Source: Octopus sinensis (lineage: Eukaryota). Taken from it: DNA of 64,000 bases. Made by a program: the position numbers and the translations under genes. Below the pieces are notes generated by a model that was not told the DNA's origin, searched no databases, and was given only the letters and a program-made list of their open reading frames with translations. This document shows, piece after piece, positions 1-13,377 of the stretch (position 1 is its first letter; the number at the start of each line of letters is the position of its first letter). The stretch spans positions 197,160,001-197,224,000 of the forward strand of contig NC_042997.1 of assembly GCF_006345805.1 (NCBI RefSeq), written 5' to 3'.

Positions 1-540
1 ATTAAATCACGGAGGAAGTCAAAAGAAGAATTGATCTTTAATAGGTATTCATCTGACTTACACACGAAAGTGTATGAAGACTCAATAGCTTTGAGATAAA
101 TGTGCCAAAGTGCCGAATAGATTTGAAGGAAAATGATAGAGAAATGATAAATAAGGAATAAAGGAAACAATGCCAGACGGAAAATCTGCTGTGTAGCAGA
201 GATATTCTTAAAGCTACTGTCGTTTAACCCGAGGTCAAACGTGATAGACAAAAGCGATTTATGATCAAAACCTGTTCGAAAATAACAGAGTTGTTATTTT
301 ATTTGGAATAGAATAGGAATGCGACAGTGAAGTTCTTTAAAAGGTAGCAACGCACAAAGAAAGCGAACGACTGTTGAAAGCTGAGCATTTCTATTTAACG
401 ACGTATTCAGTGCCACCTCGTTCCATGGCGAATTGGAAGGAATGTTAGAATACTAGATGAAAGAATACGACAAGAATGCCGATCTGAGTTGAAATATCTT
501 TGAGGGTAGATCTGCCTGCGATCTTTTCAGAATCTATAAA

Positions 541-777
541 ATATTCTTTTCTACTCTAGGCACAAGGCCCGAAATATTTTGGGGGAGGGCGCCAGTCGAT
601 TACATCGATCCCAGTACGCAACTGGACTAGAATTTCACAGGTACTTAATTTATTGACCCCGAAAGGATGAAAGGAAAAGTCGACCTCGGTGGAATTTGAA
701 CACAGAACGTAAAGACAGACGAAATACTGCTAAGCATTTCGCCCGGCGTGTTAACGTTTCTGCCAGCTCGCTCACCT
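541..777 (-). mobile_element. tRNA-derived SINE, type B (head ggcggcgagctggcagaa; central block gtcgactttgcctttcatcctttcggggtcgataaattaagtacc)
   Basis: Matches more than 15 other copies in the window; reverse complement of the head at 760-777 and the tail (agagtagaaaagaat) at 541-560. Confidence 0.9.
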
Positions 778-791
778 TAGAATTTATAAAA

Positions 792-1005
792 TATTCTTTT
801 GTACTCTAGTTACAAGGCCCGAAATTTTGGTGGAGGGTGCCAGTCGAGCAGATCGACCCCAGTACGCAACTGGTACTTAATTTATCGATCTCGAAAGAAC
901 GAATAGCAAAGTCAACCTCGTCGAAATTTAAACTCAGAACGTCAAGACACAAAGTATGTTAAGCATTTCGCCCGTTGTGCTAAACCTTCTGCTAGCTCGC
1001 CGCCA
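792..1005 (-). mobile_element. Type B SINE, second tandem copy
   Basis: Same head, body and tail as 541-777 with different substitutions. Confidence 0.88.
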
Positions 1006-1209
1006 TAGAATCTATAAATTATTCTTTTCTACTCTAAGCACAAGTATTTCTTCTAGAAGCCAGCCTGGTGATGGAAATTTTGAAGGACAAAGACATTAAG
1101 GTATTAGAGAAGAAGCGTGTTAAGCTGAAGAATGACATCATACACTGAATTACATATCTACATGCGTACATACACGCGCACACATACATTTGTGTGTCTG
1201 TGTGTGCAG

Positions 1210-1259
1210 CCTGAAATATCGCTTGTGGCGTGAAACACTAAATTGCAACGAAGTGAATC
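1210..1259 (+). CDS. Candidate small exon A ([16 protein letters not shown])
   Basis: tgtgtgtgcag acceptor, gtaagt donor, only one open frame; no homology support. Confidence 0.22.
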
Positions 1260-1300
1260 GTAAGTTTTAAACATACACACACACACACATATATATATAT

Positions 1301-1364
1301 ATGCATGCTTATAAACTTAGGATCTTTATATTTGTTTATATGCTTTTATATATATATATATATA

Positions 1365-1410
<46 letters not shown>

Positions 1411-1447
1411 TGCTTATAAACTTAGGATCTTTATATTTGTTTATATG

Positions 1448-1505
<58 letters not shown>

Positions 1506-1560
1506 TGCTTATAAACTTAGGATTTTTATATTTGTTCATATGCTTATATATATATATATA
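1301..1560. repeat. Compound minisatellite: 3 copies of atgcatgcttataaacttaggatctttatatttgtttatatgctt, each followed by (TA)n
   Basis: Unit starts at ~1301, ~1406 and ~1501. Confidence 0.9.
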
Positions 1561-1992
1561 TCATATATATATATATATATACTTAGTCATATGCACATAT
1601 CAACACATGCTTTTAGTTGTCGACCTTGAATGCCAAGCGAAAATGTGGTTGATATAAACTAGTCAAGAACATTAAAAAGCTATTAATATGAAAAAAAAAT
1701 GACAAAAAAAACGCTAAAATGAAACCTGTCGTTTTTACAACAATATTTACAAAGTGTTTTCACAAATATATCTTTTTCCTCATCGGCAATTATTTTTCCT
1801 CCTAGGTGTTACCCCGACCCATAACCACGTATTCCTGGCATATTAAATATCGAACTAAACTTCTCGATAATTTAGTCCGCGGATTTATTGATGTTTAAAT
1901 TATCTCTGTTTTTTTTTTGCTTCTTCTCAATACTTTTGTTTCATATCCTCGTTGTTGCTTAAAACAAAAAATATGACATAATATATACATAC

Positions 1993-2087
<95 letters not shown>

Positions 2088-2196
2088 TTATCATTTCACT
2101 TAGCCTTTCAACTTTTTGACTCTGTATTATTGCACAATTATCAATCTTTTCATCTAATTCTATCCTCAATGGTATAGTCACACTTGCGTGTGTATG

Positions 2197-2233
<37 letters not shown>

Positions 2234-3084
2234 TACCCACAAGCTCATATAAACATGAATGCGCTCAGACATGTACGCAAAGATATATTCATTCATCCAT
2301 CCATTCTATATAAGCATATATAGGTGTGTGCATGTGTATGTACATATATACATATACACACACATATATATACTTAGATAAATAGATATGAGTATATAGG
2401 TGTGTGTGTACATATATGTTTATATACACTCACACACACACACACATATATATATATACACACATACATGCATATATATCTATGGATCACACAAATTTTC
2501 AAACGAAACCTCTGATATCTGCATAAATCTCTTCGTAATGCCCGTATCTACGTTTCTGCGCATGGAAGTGAGAGTATAGCTGTACATACCTGCATACACT
2601 AAACATATATACGCATCTCACAAAATTTCAAGCGGGGGCCCAGGTTTCTCCCACCCTGTTCCTACCCGCTTGACACCCGGCTCCACTCCCTCCCTTCCAC
2701 TCTTCCAATTCAGTTTTAGAGTCGCTTTGTATTATTTCATTCCTAATTCCTCTTCGCCTCATATTTCCATTACTTCATTACTTCTATCTTTCGATCTATC
2801 TATATATCGATATATCAAATATCTATCGTTTTCCAACTCTGTCAACCCTGATATACTCCTCAAATCTTTCCCGCTTCTCCTCCTTCTCCACACTTGCTCT
2901 CTGTACATATTTGAACCCCTCCTCTCTCTCTCAACCTTTTTTCTTTCTTTCTTTCTTGCTTGACTCCTCTTTCCTCTTTGCTTCTCCATTACTCTTTCTC
3001 ATCATTCCTTAGTTCGGCATACGAACATTAAAGGCATATACGTACAAACATTTACACATAAAAATATACTTACATATAGACATA

Positions 3085-3314
3085 AACATACATACATAAA
3101 TATGTGCATATATACATACATAGATATATACATACATGGATATATACATACATACATACATACATAAATACATGGATACATACATACATACATGGATACA
3201 TACATACATACATGGATACATACATACATACATAGATACATACATACATACATACATACATAGATACATACATACATACATACATACATACATACATACA
3301 TACATACATACATA
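3085..3314. repeat. (TACA)n microsatellite with variant units
   Basis: Direct reading. Confidence 0.95.
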
Positions 3315-3530
3315 GAAACGTTAGCACGCCGGGCGAAGTGCGTAGCCGCATTTCGTCTGTCGTTACGTTCATGTTCAAATTTCGCCGAGGTCGACTTTGC
3401 CTTTAAACCTTTCGGGGTCACTAAATTAAGTACCAGTTACGCACTGGGGTTGATGTAATCGACTTAATCCCTTTGTCAGTCCTTGTTTGTCCCCTCTGTG
3501 TTTAGCCCCTTGTGGATAGTAAAGAAATAT
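3314..3530 (+). mobile_element. Type B SINE with alternative tail (ttagccccttgtggatagtaaagaaata)
   Basis: gaaacgttagcacgccgggcgaa...gaggtcgactttgcc...aagtaccagttacgcactgggg. Confidence 0.9.
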
Positions 3531-4201
3531 ATATATGTATACACACACACACATGAATATATACATATATATTTCTGTATGTACACCTGTAGAGGCAGGT
3601 GCATGGTTTATTGGCCATAGAATCGCAGTCATGATCGCAAGGTGGTGGTTTCGATTCGTGCCAATGGGTAATATGTTGAGTTCTCAACCAAAACATTTAT
3701 TTCATGTTGCCCCAGTCCAGTCAGATAACAAAACTGAGTAATCCTCAGCGGCACATGAGGAGTGAGGCAAATAGTGGCAGGTGATCAAATTCCCAAAAAC
3801 TGATCCGGTTTTTGTCGCGAGCTTCGGCATCCTTACAATGCATTTGATATTTGTATCTCTCCGTAAGTACTCCGCACCTGCATCCTTTCTTCCACCAATA
3901 TATCGGTAGATCTTGACGCCGGGCACTTTCTATTGCATGTGAAAATCTCATAATGAAGATATGGAGAGGCTTGCAAGAATATGGCGTTGCCTCAATAGGC
4001 GAGATCAAATATTTCCGTCTGTGATCAAGTATTGTTACTGAACACAGCATTTGTTCTACCGTTGGTCGCATCGAATCTAGGATCTCTTCTTTGACTTTGC
4101 TGCCATGGCAACACTTGGCTCTAGTCGGCATCGGTCGGTGGGTCGATCAAACACAGAAACTCAACACAAAAGGAAAGAGACAAGCAAAGATCACATTATA
4201 T

Positions 4202-4245
<44 letters not shown>

Positions 4246-4272
4246 CTGTGTGTGATATATGTGTATGTGTGT

Positions 4273-4313
<41 letters not shown>

Positions 4314-4339
4314 CATGTAATCGATGTATGTTAGTGTAT

Positions 4340-4373
<34 letters not shown>

Positions 4374-4461
4374 ACACACACACGTAAATATAAACATATG
4401 CATTTCTGTGTGTACGCCTGTGGAGGCAGGCGCATGGTTTATTGGTCAGAGCGTTGCAATC

Positions 4462-4518
<57 letters not shown>

Positions 4519-4628
4519 TGTGTGTGTAACTGTATCTATCTATCTATCTATATACACACACACGTTTCAAACTGTCTTTATATACACGTACATACGCATA
4601 TTTCTGTATGTTTTCATGTTCAAAGTTG

Positions 4629-4693
<65 letters not shown>

Positions 4694-5348
4694 TGTATGT
4701 GTGCGTTTATGTGAACATACATACAATACACTCGGATTTACACGCGTAATTGAACACTCACACAGCTACATACAAAATCAGGACCTCATACGCAATCTCT
4801 CTCTCTCCCACACACTCGCACGCACACACACACACACACATACACACACACACACACACACGCGCGCGCAGACTAAGCCCCCACCCCGTAAAAGCCTTCC
4901 TCCATAAATATATGCATTTGATATTTCTATCTTTTAGTCAGTATTCCCACCCACCCGACACCCTTCTTCCCAAAATATCGGTAGATCTTGATGCCAGGCA
5001 TTTTCCATTTCATGTGTACAGCTCATAATGAAGAGATGAAGAGACTTGCAAGAATATGAAACAGATCATAAAATCTCTCTATATTTGCCTAGGAGAAACG
5101 TTTTATGTTTAGAGATTTTGGTGAGGAAACGGTGTGATCTGTGACAGTTTCTCTTATAAACTTTAGCTTAATTGCAAGATGGAAAATTGCAGCAAGTTCA
5201 ATGGAATTGTGGATTTACACTCACTGCAATAATTCCAACGAATCCTACATTCTACATGTGGTTAGTAATACGCGAATAAAGAACAAAAAAAAAAAGCCAA
5301 ACACACACTAAGACGAAATTGTTAAAAGCGAAAGAGACAAGGAAAGGA

Positions 5349-5518
5349 TGGTAGGAGTGGCTGTGTGGTAAGTAGCTTGCTTACGAACTGAACTACATGG
5401 TTCCGGGTTCAGTCAGTCCCACTGCGTGGCACCTTGGACTAGTGTCTTCTACTATAGCCTCCGGCCGACCAAAGCCTTAGAAGTGGATTTGGTAGACGGA
5501 AACTGAAAGAAGCCCATC

Positions 5519-5590
<72 letters not shown>

Positions 5591-5938
5591 ATATAAATAG
5601 GTATGTATTTGTGTGTATATGTTTGTGTGTCTGTGTTCTTGTCCCCCCAGCATGGCTTGACAACTGATGCTGGTATATATATATGTATATATATATATAT
5701 ATATATATGTATTTGTGTGTGTGTTTGTGTGTCTGTGTTTGTCCCCGCAGCATCGCTTGACAACCGATGCCGGTGTGTTTATGTCTCCGTAACTTAGCGG
5801 TTCGGCAAAAGAGACCGATAGAATAAGTATTAGGCTTGCAAAGAATAAGTCCTGGGGTCGATTTGCTCGACTAAAGGCGGTGCTCCAGCATGGCAACAGT
5901 CAAATGACTGAACCAAGTAAAAGAGCAAAGAGTAAAGG
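5349..5938 (+). mobile_element. tRNA-derived SINE, type A (head ggcaggagtggctgtgtggtaag, CORE-like caccttgggcaagtgtctt, internal (TA)n(GT)n, tail ggcggtgctccagcatggcc...gaaacaagtaaaagag)
   Basis: Pol III A/B-box-like head (tggtaagtagc / ggttcagtccc); at least 9 copies in the window. Confidence 0.92.
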
Positions 5939-6925
5939 AATTGATTTATGAAAGAGATACAAACTGGAAGATTTACAGAGAGAATGTTAACTGCTTTAAA
6001 CTATTAAATCGCGGTTAGCTCAGCAGATTCATTAGAGCGCCGAGATCAGTTTTGCCTTTCAAACTGCAGGGATTGATAAAATAAAACACCAGTCCAACAT
6101 TGCGGTTAAGGGTGTCAACTAACCCATATCTCTCAAAATTTGTTGGATTTATGCTTAAATTAGAAAAAAATAATAGGTATTAGATTCTACTTAGCAAAGG
6201 AATAAAATATTGATTTAAAAATTTTAGCCAAAACTTTCAGAGGAGAGGTAAAATCAATTGCATCGACGACAGTGATCAATTGGTACTTAATTTATTGGCT
6301 CCCCAGAAGAACGAAATTTAACCTCGGTGAGAATGGAACTCAGAACTTAAAGACTGATGAAATACTGTGAGGAATTTTGACCGGCGTGATAACAAGTCTG
6401 CCGGCTCGTAGTATTAGTTAAGCAATACATATTAATTTGTTTATAAAATTTGTCGCCTTTCAATATGGTTTACTTTTCCTCATCTGTTATTGTTAAACAA
6501 CTAACAAACATTTGACGGACATTTAACTTTAATTAACATGAAAAATAAATAAATAAATAAATATGACAACTGTTTCTTTAACTGTGTATCTATGTGTTGG
6601 TGGAGTTTGGCGTGTGGTGGAAATGTTTTGTTCTTCTCTAAGTGCACATTAGCAGCTTTTTAGATAGTAATTGTGTAATTATTTATAAGAAATTTATTGG
6701 TTTTAAGTTCTGGAAGAAGGCCAGCAATTTAGGCGAGAGGAGTGATTCGTCTACATCGACATCGCCATGTGATTAGTGCATATTTTATCGATCCGAAATG
6801 ATGAAAGGCAAGATCAACCTCGGAAGAATTTGAGTTCAAAACGCAAAGATGCACGAAAGGGCGCCAAGCATTTTGTCCGGCGTGTCAGCTAGTACGCCAC
6901 CTCGCCGCCTTCGCAAAGCAATCTA

Positions 6926-7336
6926 TACTCTTTACTCTTTTACTTGTTTCGGTCATTTGACTGTGTCCATGCTGGAGCACCGCCTTTTGTCGAGCAATAC
7001 GACCCCAGGACTTATTCTTTCTAAACCTAGTACTTATTCCATCGGTCCCTTTTACCGAACCGCTAAGTTACAGGAACGCAAACTCATCAGCATCGGTTGT
7101 CAAGCGATGTTGGGGGGGGGGGGACAAACACAGACACACAAACACACATATATACATATATATAAATATATACGACGGGCTTCTTTCAGTTTCTGACTAC
7201 CAAATCCACTCACAAGGCTTTGGTCGGCCCGAAGTTATAGTAGAAGACACTTACCGAATGTGGCTCGCAATGGGACTGAACCCGTAACCATGTGGTTGGT
7301 AAGCAAGCTACTTACCACACAGCCACTCCTGCGCCT
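6926..7336 (-). mobile_element. Type A SINE
   Basis: Reverse complement of the type A head at 7300-7336 and of the tail at 6926-6990. Confidence 0.9.
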
Positions 7337-7689
7337 ATTTTAAATTTTTCGCCGTTCAATATGCTATATTTTTATAACCTGTTATTCGTTATAAACTAAC
7401 ATAAATTTCATGGAAATTTAACTTTGATTCACAAGGAAAACATGAATAAATACAATAAAATTGTTTCCTTAACTGCTTATGTACATCTTTGTGGGTTCTG
7501 ACGAGTGGTGGGAATGATTTTGTTTTAGTCTAAGTGAATATTAACGGCTCTTTCCATGGTAATTGTGTGTAATTATTTATATGAAATTTATTACACAGAT
7601 GTACGTTGTTTGTAATTAGGCAATAAATCTAAAGTCAGTGACTTTCGTTTTGTTTCATGTACAAATGATGCATTGCGAATTTCATTCAG

Positions 7690-7715
7690 AGAATACATCA
7701 TCGTTGCCAGAACCT
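7690..7715 (+). CDS. Candidate 26-nt micro-exon B ((Q)NTSSLPEP)
   Basis: tgcattgcgaatttcattcag acceptor with TGC motifs, gtatgt donor. Confidence 0.25.
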
Positions 7716-8049
7716 GTATGTATGTAATGCCTGTTTATATGTCTATATGTCTATGCATACATAGTTTTAAATACATATACACCTATATAAAAGTAGGGAT
7801 AAGCAAGTTAGACAAATCAATATATAGAATATATTAATACATGAAATATAAAAGATGTATATATCTGCGCGTATAATAAAAGGGTCCGAGGTACACAGAA
7901 TACAAATGATATAGAGAATTAAATGGGAAGAGGGATATAATTACAAATCCAACAGTTCTTTCTGGGGACTCAGTGGCCTATAATAATGCTTGTAGATCGA
8001 TTCCATCATATATATACACACACGAGGAAAGGGGATGAAAACTTCCTGG

Positions 8050-8242
8050 CTTTAAGCGTATCAAGAAAGGCCTGGCTGGAGGTCCAGCCTCCGGAATTCT
8101 TTTATAGGGCTTAGAAAAACTAAAGGACCGCTGCAATAAGTGTGTGAATATGAGAGGGGAATATGTTGAATAAATTATTAATTAACTGATACTCGTGTAT
8201 TTTCTCTTACCCAAAGCCATGTACTTTTCAGTACCACCTAGT
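8050..8242 (+). mobile_element. mariner transposase C-terminal relic plus right TIR
   Basis: KAWLEVQPPEFFY / frameshift / GLEKLKDRCNKCVNMRGEYVE* matches the mariner C-terminal GIxKLxxRWxKCVxxxGxYFE pattern; followed by TIR-like gtacttttcagtaccacct. Confidence 0.8.
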
Positions 8243-8791
8243 GTGTGTGTATGTGCGTGTATATATATATGGTTAATGGACAATATGTCCAATTTTTCGG
8301 CATATTTGGCATTAGAAATTTTTTCCTTTGCCCTCATTTATGAATTGTTTATATATGATAAAGGGTAAAATTAATAAATTAATAATTTTACCAAGTAGTT
8401 TCGGCATGTAAAAAGAACCATTATCGGTAAACTTAAACAATAATTTTTATAATTATGAGTGTAATTGTAATTAGGGTCCAGCAAAAATCTTGAAATACTG
8501 TGCTGAAGAGCGAGGATGATAGAATGGAAATGTGTTTTTTTTGCATTTTTCATATGCATCTAACTCCGAAACGCATCCACAGTTAATCAAATGCCCGGTG
8601 AATTCGTTGTTTTTTACTCTTTGTCTACATGGATTCTTTTTGAGTATATGTTATCTTGGGAGATTTTCTTATGGTAGGGAAACAGCTAGATATTTTGGCT
8701 GCTATTTCTAAATTTCGGTATGTGGTGAAGCAATTTTTTTTTTGCTGAACCCTAATTATAATTACACTCATAATTATAAAAATTGTTTATA

Positions 8792-8835
<44 letters not shown>

Positions 8836-8837
8836 AT

Positions 8838-8890
8838 GGTGGTGCCCCAGCATGGCCACAGCTCGTGAGCTGAAACTAGATAAAATAAAA
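8838..8890 (+). mobile_element. Isolated LINE-type 3' tail inside (TA)n
   Basis: ggtggtgccccagcatggccacagctcgtgagctgaaacta; same tail ends the CR1 relic at 13010-13280 and recurs at 45297-45345. Confidence 0.75.
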
Positions 8891-9322
8891 TTTAAAAAAA
8901 AAATATATATATATAAGTTTTGCATATATAAATATTTACGTGTGTGTATATAAGCGTGTGTGTGTGTTACATAAGTATACATTGAAATGCCCAGGTAATT
9001 GAAGCAGGGTCGCAGAAAATATCTTGAATCACGTAACCTTTAGTCGGTTTCTAGAATTCTTCGTAATGAAATAACAACAGAGTCTCCCATTACGACACTG
9101 ACATTATCGCAGTCGAACGTCGATAGCACTGAAAATATATTGTGATACCTGATAAAAATACCAATACAATCAAGTAGGAAGGAAGCAAAGCTAAACGGAC
9201 GGCTGTCCCACTACAAGTCTGTGTTTATGTTGCTTCGCCCACAAGAAGACAGAAAGAGTCGAAAACTTTCGTTATTTGACTAATTTCTAATAACAATCTC
9301 TCTCTCTTTCTCCTTTGAACAG

Positions 9323-9345
9323 TATACTGTATATGGTGTGTTAGT
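9323..9345 (+). CDS. Candidate 23-nt micro-exon C (YTVYGVL+GT)
   Basis: Branch-like ctaat, long polypyrimidine tract tctctctctctttctcctttgaacag, gtaagc donor. Confidence 0.3.
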
Positions 9346-9759
9346 GTAAGCCTTAGAGATACACGTTTCTTGCGTTTGAATTCAATAGATATTTCTGTCA
9401 GGTTAATTCTGCATGCCTTCAAGCAACTTCGTTTGACAGGCTTCCCTGACCTGCGGTTTACTCAATAGAGCAGGTTTAGCAGCGTATGGCATCCGATGAA
9501 TAAATCTAGATCGAGTAGACAACCACATCAATGCATTATAATCTGATGGTAAACGGACACGCAGATATTATATACACACACTTATTTTATAAAATTCATA
9601 CATGCATATAGACACACACATATTCAAGCATATATATACATATATATATATCCAGGTATACAAGTATATATATATATGTATGTATATACATACACACACA
9701 TATATGTGTGTGTATAAGTACATATATACACGTATATACACACACATATATATATACAT

Positions 9760-10170
9760 GTATGCATATATATGCATATATATATATATATATACTCATA
9801 CGTACATAAAGGTATATGTATATATGTATCATATACATATATATTTATGTATATAGATATCATTTCACACGTACACACACACATATATATATGAAATACA
9901 TAAGACACACCCACACTAACACGCACTTTATATATATGAATATTGTATATATATAATGTGTGTGTGTATATATACATACACATATCTATATGTATGCATA
10001 TATATGCATATATATATATATATACTCATACGTACATAAAGGTATATGTATATATGTATCATATACATATATATTTATGTATATAGATATCATTTCACAC
10101 GTACACACACACATATATATATGAAATACATAAGACACACCCACACTAACACGCACTTTATATATATGTA
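9760..10170. repeat. Tandem duplication, period ~230 bp, within TA/CA-rich DNA
   Basis: actcatacgtacataaaggtatatg...aacacgcacttta at 9794 and 10024. Confidence 0.9.
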
Positions 10171-11139
10171 TATATATATATATGTGTGTGTGTATATGTA
10201 TATATACACATATGTATATATATGTATATATGATACACACATATGCATACATATATTCGCTCGTTATCTGATAAGACAACAATCTTATAGGTGCTACGGT
10301 GGCCGTCCATAACAGCTAAAAGATTGAATTAACATTATATTTCATATACCTTATACAATCTGTTATTGAACATTTTGGAAAGTGGAATGTATGGCTTGAG
10401 TTGATGAAGTGGCTTCCCACCTGTCTGAATCTATCATATGTTACATCATAGTCAACAACTCAACTTAATATAAATATAATTGAAATTTATATTTCATAAG
10501 GATATCTTAAGTTTATCATTTTTATAGCGCGTAGTATTTCGATATAAAATGGACATGTTTACAAGTCTGCTTTAATATGTATTTGAGGTTTCGTATAATT
10601 CTAGAGATATTTATATCTATAATGTAATAGAGGAAAATAAAAGTGTTTTCAATATTTCCTGTATATTAAATGTTTATTTCTCGTCAGGGAAATTACACTT
10701 TTATGATATTAAATGCCCACTCAGCATGTTCTATAAGACATCATTTGTTGAATCTCTAAAGTACGTTATCTAGAGTTGTGGACAAATCATAATTTTGAAA
10801 ACGACAGACGTGTTTAAGGAGGAGGAAAGAGAAAGCTGAATGTAATACACGTCGGTGACATTAAAGTTGATATTAATGCATTCGAGATAAATCACCGTGT
10901 TAGGGTGAGTGTTATCGCATGTTATTCTTTATTACATCTTTGTACTGAATTGGAAACGAAACTGTTTCATAAAACAATGTTTTAACAATAAATAGTCAAC
11001 TATTCGGTGAAGTTTGAATTTTGAAAAGACACATCGTATCTGCTGTTATGGGTATGCCGGTGGATACCCATTGTTGATGTGCGACGGACTCTCTAGTTAG
11101 GAACCAATTTTTCTTTGTATACAGTAATTAACGGTTGCT

Positions 11140-11840
11140 AACAATAGATTTCCATGATTCAGAGGAAGAACCAGGAAAAGATCTTGTGGTGCAAGCGAGT
11201 CTCTGGATGGATTCTAGGATCATTCAGAGCCAGGAAAAAAGATACCATGCTACTCATTTCGAGAACGTTCGTTCTCAGTCTTCTGGGTCACAACTACCAA
11301 TTGCGGTCACTGCAGAGCATGAAACTGGTGGCGGAACTTGGGGCAATCTACCACCACTACTCAAGATTGATTTGGTGAAACAGATGAGCCCCTGGGAGAG
11401 GCTAAAGGAGCTGAAGGTCTACTCTCTAGAATGAAGGTGAGAAAGATATGAAGTGGTATACATATAATAGGTCCTGGAATATCTAGCTCGCAACTTTGGA
11501 ATTATAATTTATATCAACCAGAGGACTGGACGGCATTGCATGATACCAAAGATCCTAGTCGTCTCCATCTAGAAGAAGAACTCAATGCTGTAACAGCTTG
11601 GGTTTCAAGAATACACAGCTATTCAACATTCTACCAGATTCAGAGATTTGTGAGTTGTAAATGAAGAGGTCTTGAAAGAAGGTCTGGACAAATATTTATC
11701 TGAGATCATCTATTATCTCATTGTGACAAGAAGCATAAAGAGCAGCTCCGTTCAACTCGCTATATCACCAGATTAGAAATCCTTACACACCGACAGGTGA
11801 TGCCCAAGCATGGCCTCAGCCTCTGACAGAAACCAGTAAC
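11140..11840 (+). mobile_element. Decayed CR1/L2-clade LINE, 3' part of ORF2 plus tail
   Basis: Frameshifted WILGSFRARKKDTMLL, WERLKELKVYSLE, TQLFNILP, KEGLDKYLSEI; tail aggtgatgcccaagcatggcc...gaaac. Confidence 0.85.
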
Positions 11841-12600
11841 AGGTTGTGGGTAAAAGAAATGCAATTCAGCCAATGAGTTTATAGTGGATAATACTGTATA
11901 ATTAGTCGAGATCGGGATTATAGTAATAGTAAGTAAGTAACAACTGAATCTCAGCGTAATATTCATAAATAGTGAATATGTTGGGTTCCTGTGGATGTAT
12001 GTGTGTGTGTGTGTGTTTGTATCTGCATATGTGTGTGAGCGATTCTGTTTGTATCGTGTGTGGTGTTTAATTAAACGTCACACTTCCACGATTTGGAAAT
12101 TGTTTGCATGTATTGATATAATAATAGTATCTGTAGAATGTATATCCTATGAGCATGCATAATGAATGTACTGGAAATAATTTATTCATTAGGAAATGGC
12201 TTATCAATTAAGTAAGCGGTATAATTGTAAACGAGTGCTTAATATTTCCTGTGATTGAAGGAGATGTTATTTCACGGATAACAAAGCACCATTCTATACT
12301 GCTGGCTTAGGTACTTCAAGTCTGTAGCGCTATGCTTGTACTTCTTTTGTTCTATAGAGCTATGACCTGTACTGTTATTCTATGTCATTGTATTTCGTAC
12401 GCCCTCTGCTCTATATTGCAGCGTTAGGTAAAGAATATCAAAGACACATAATTCCCAATGATTACAATATATATATATATACATGTGTGTGTGTATGTGT
12501 GTGTGTGGAGATAAGTACATAAGTATAAAACAAGGTGGAAAATATAGGTCTCGAGTAACAAAGTTGGCATAATATGATTTTTATTAAATCTGCAAAATAA

Positions 12601-12651
12601 CACAAGACTGTTCCGACGAACTTGAGCGTAAAACTGAGTAACAGTCTTGTG
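12601..12651 (+). ncRNA. Decayed minimal hammerhead-ribozyme-like motif, probably from a Penelope-like terminus
   Basis: 11-12 bp stem cacaagactgt/acagtcttgtg enclosing CCGACGA...AAAAC-TGA-GTA; core deviates from CUGANGA/GAAA. Confidence 0.4.
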
Positions 12652-12694
12652 ATAATTTTGCTGCTTTAATAAAAGTAAATATATATATATATAT

Positions 12695-12728
<34 letters not shown>

Positions 12729-13009
12729 ATACATACATATTTATGTATATACACATATATATACATATTTATGTATATATACCCACACACACACACATAT
12801 ATATATATATTAGATAGATACTCATATATTTATATATATATATATATATATATACATTACGTATAAATGGGGTTTAGTTCACGGGTGATCTAAATGATTA
12901 GATACGCTAGGTAAGTGCTGTAACGGAGTACTAGTGTTCCAAAGTTATAGCTGAGACTGTGGTTATGTATGTACATAAGAATGAGGGTCGATGTTGTAAC
13001 TGGAAATAG

Positions 13010-13280
13010 ATTATGCGACCTGGGTTTTGGGGGCACACAACTTTTTACTATACTCCCAGGGAGCCTGAGGGATCGGCACTGGTTGGATCTGGGTGTTTTC
13101 AAATCAAGGCGAGATCTCCTATTACCGAAAATCCCAGATGGGCCTGCCTCGGGGCCCGGGGGGTCGCGGGTGGGAGCTGTGGAGTAGGGCTCCCTTATTC
13201 ACAAAATGCCATATAACAGTGTAGCAAAACGGCGCTGCCGGATCATGGCCACAGCATTGAGCTAAAACTGATAAAAGACA
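13010..13280 (+). mobile_element. CR1-clade LINE 3' end
   Basis: FGGTQLFTILPGSLRDRHWLDLGVFKSRRDLLLPKIPDGP matches the CR1 ORF2 C-terminus; tail catggccacagcattgagctaaaac. Confidence 0.85.
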
Positions 13281-13377
13281 AAAATACGGAATCATATCTT
13301 AATTTTGTATCTCAGGATTATATATAAAATACATATCGGAACTGAGAATTATGGAAACATTATGTTCAAACAAAACA

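Noticed and set aside
1301-1560. CRISPR-like constant repeat plus variable spacer (also 26255-26470)
   Set aside because: Spacers are only variable (TA)n; eukaryotic context; no cas genes
3880-3930. PG(V/I)KIYRY STAS-like motif (also ~4970-5015)
   Set aside because: In-frame stops immediately upstream in both copies; following residues do not fit SLC26 STAS
5349-5440. tRNA genes at SINE heads (also 13579, 49098 and others)
   Set aside because: A/B boxes are present but run into SINE bodies with no complete cloverleaf
10688-10760. 73-nt exon-like segment (also 1806-1828, 12193-12211, 23275-23299)
   Set aside because: Plausible splice sites but unrecognised peptides; most break the frame of the FN3-like chain
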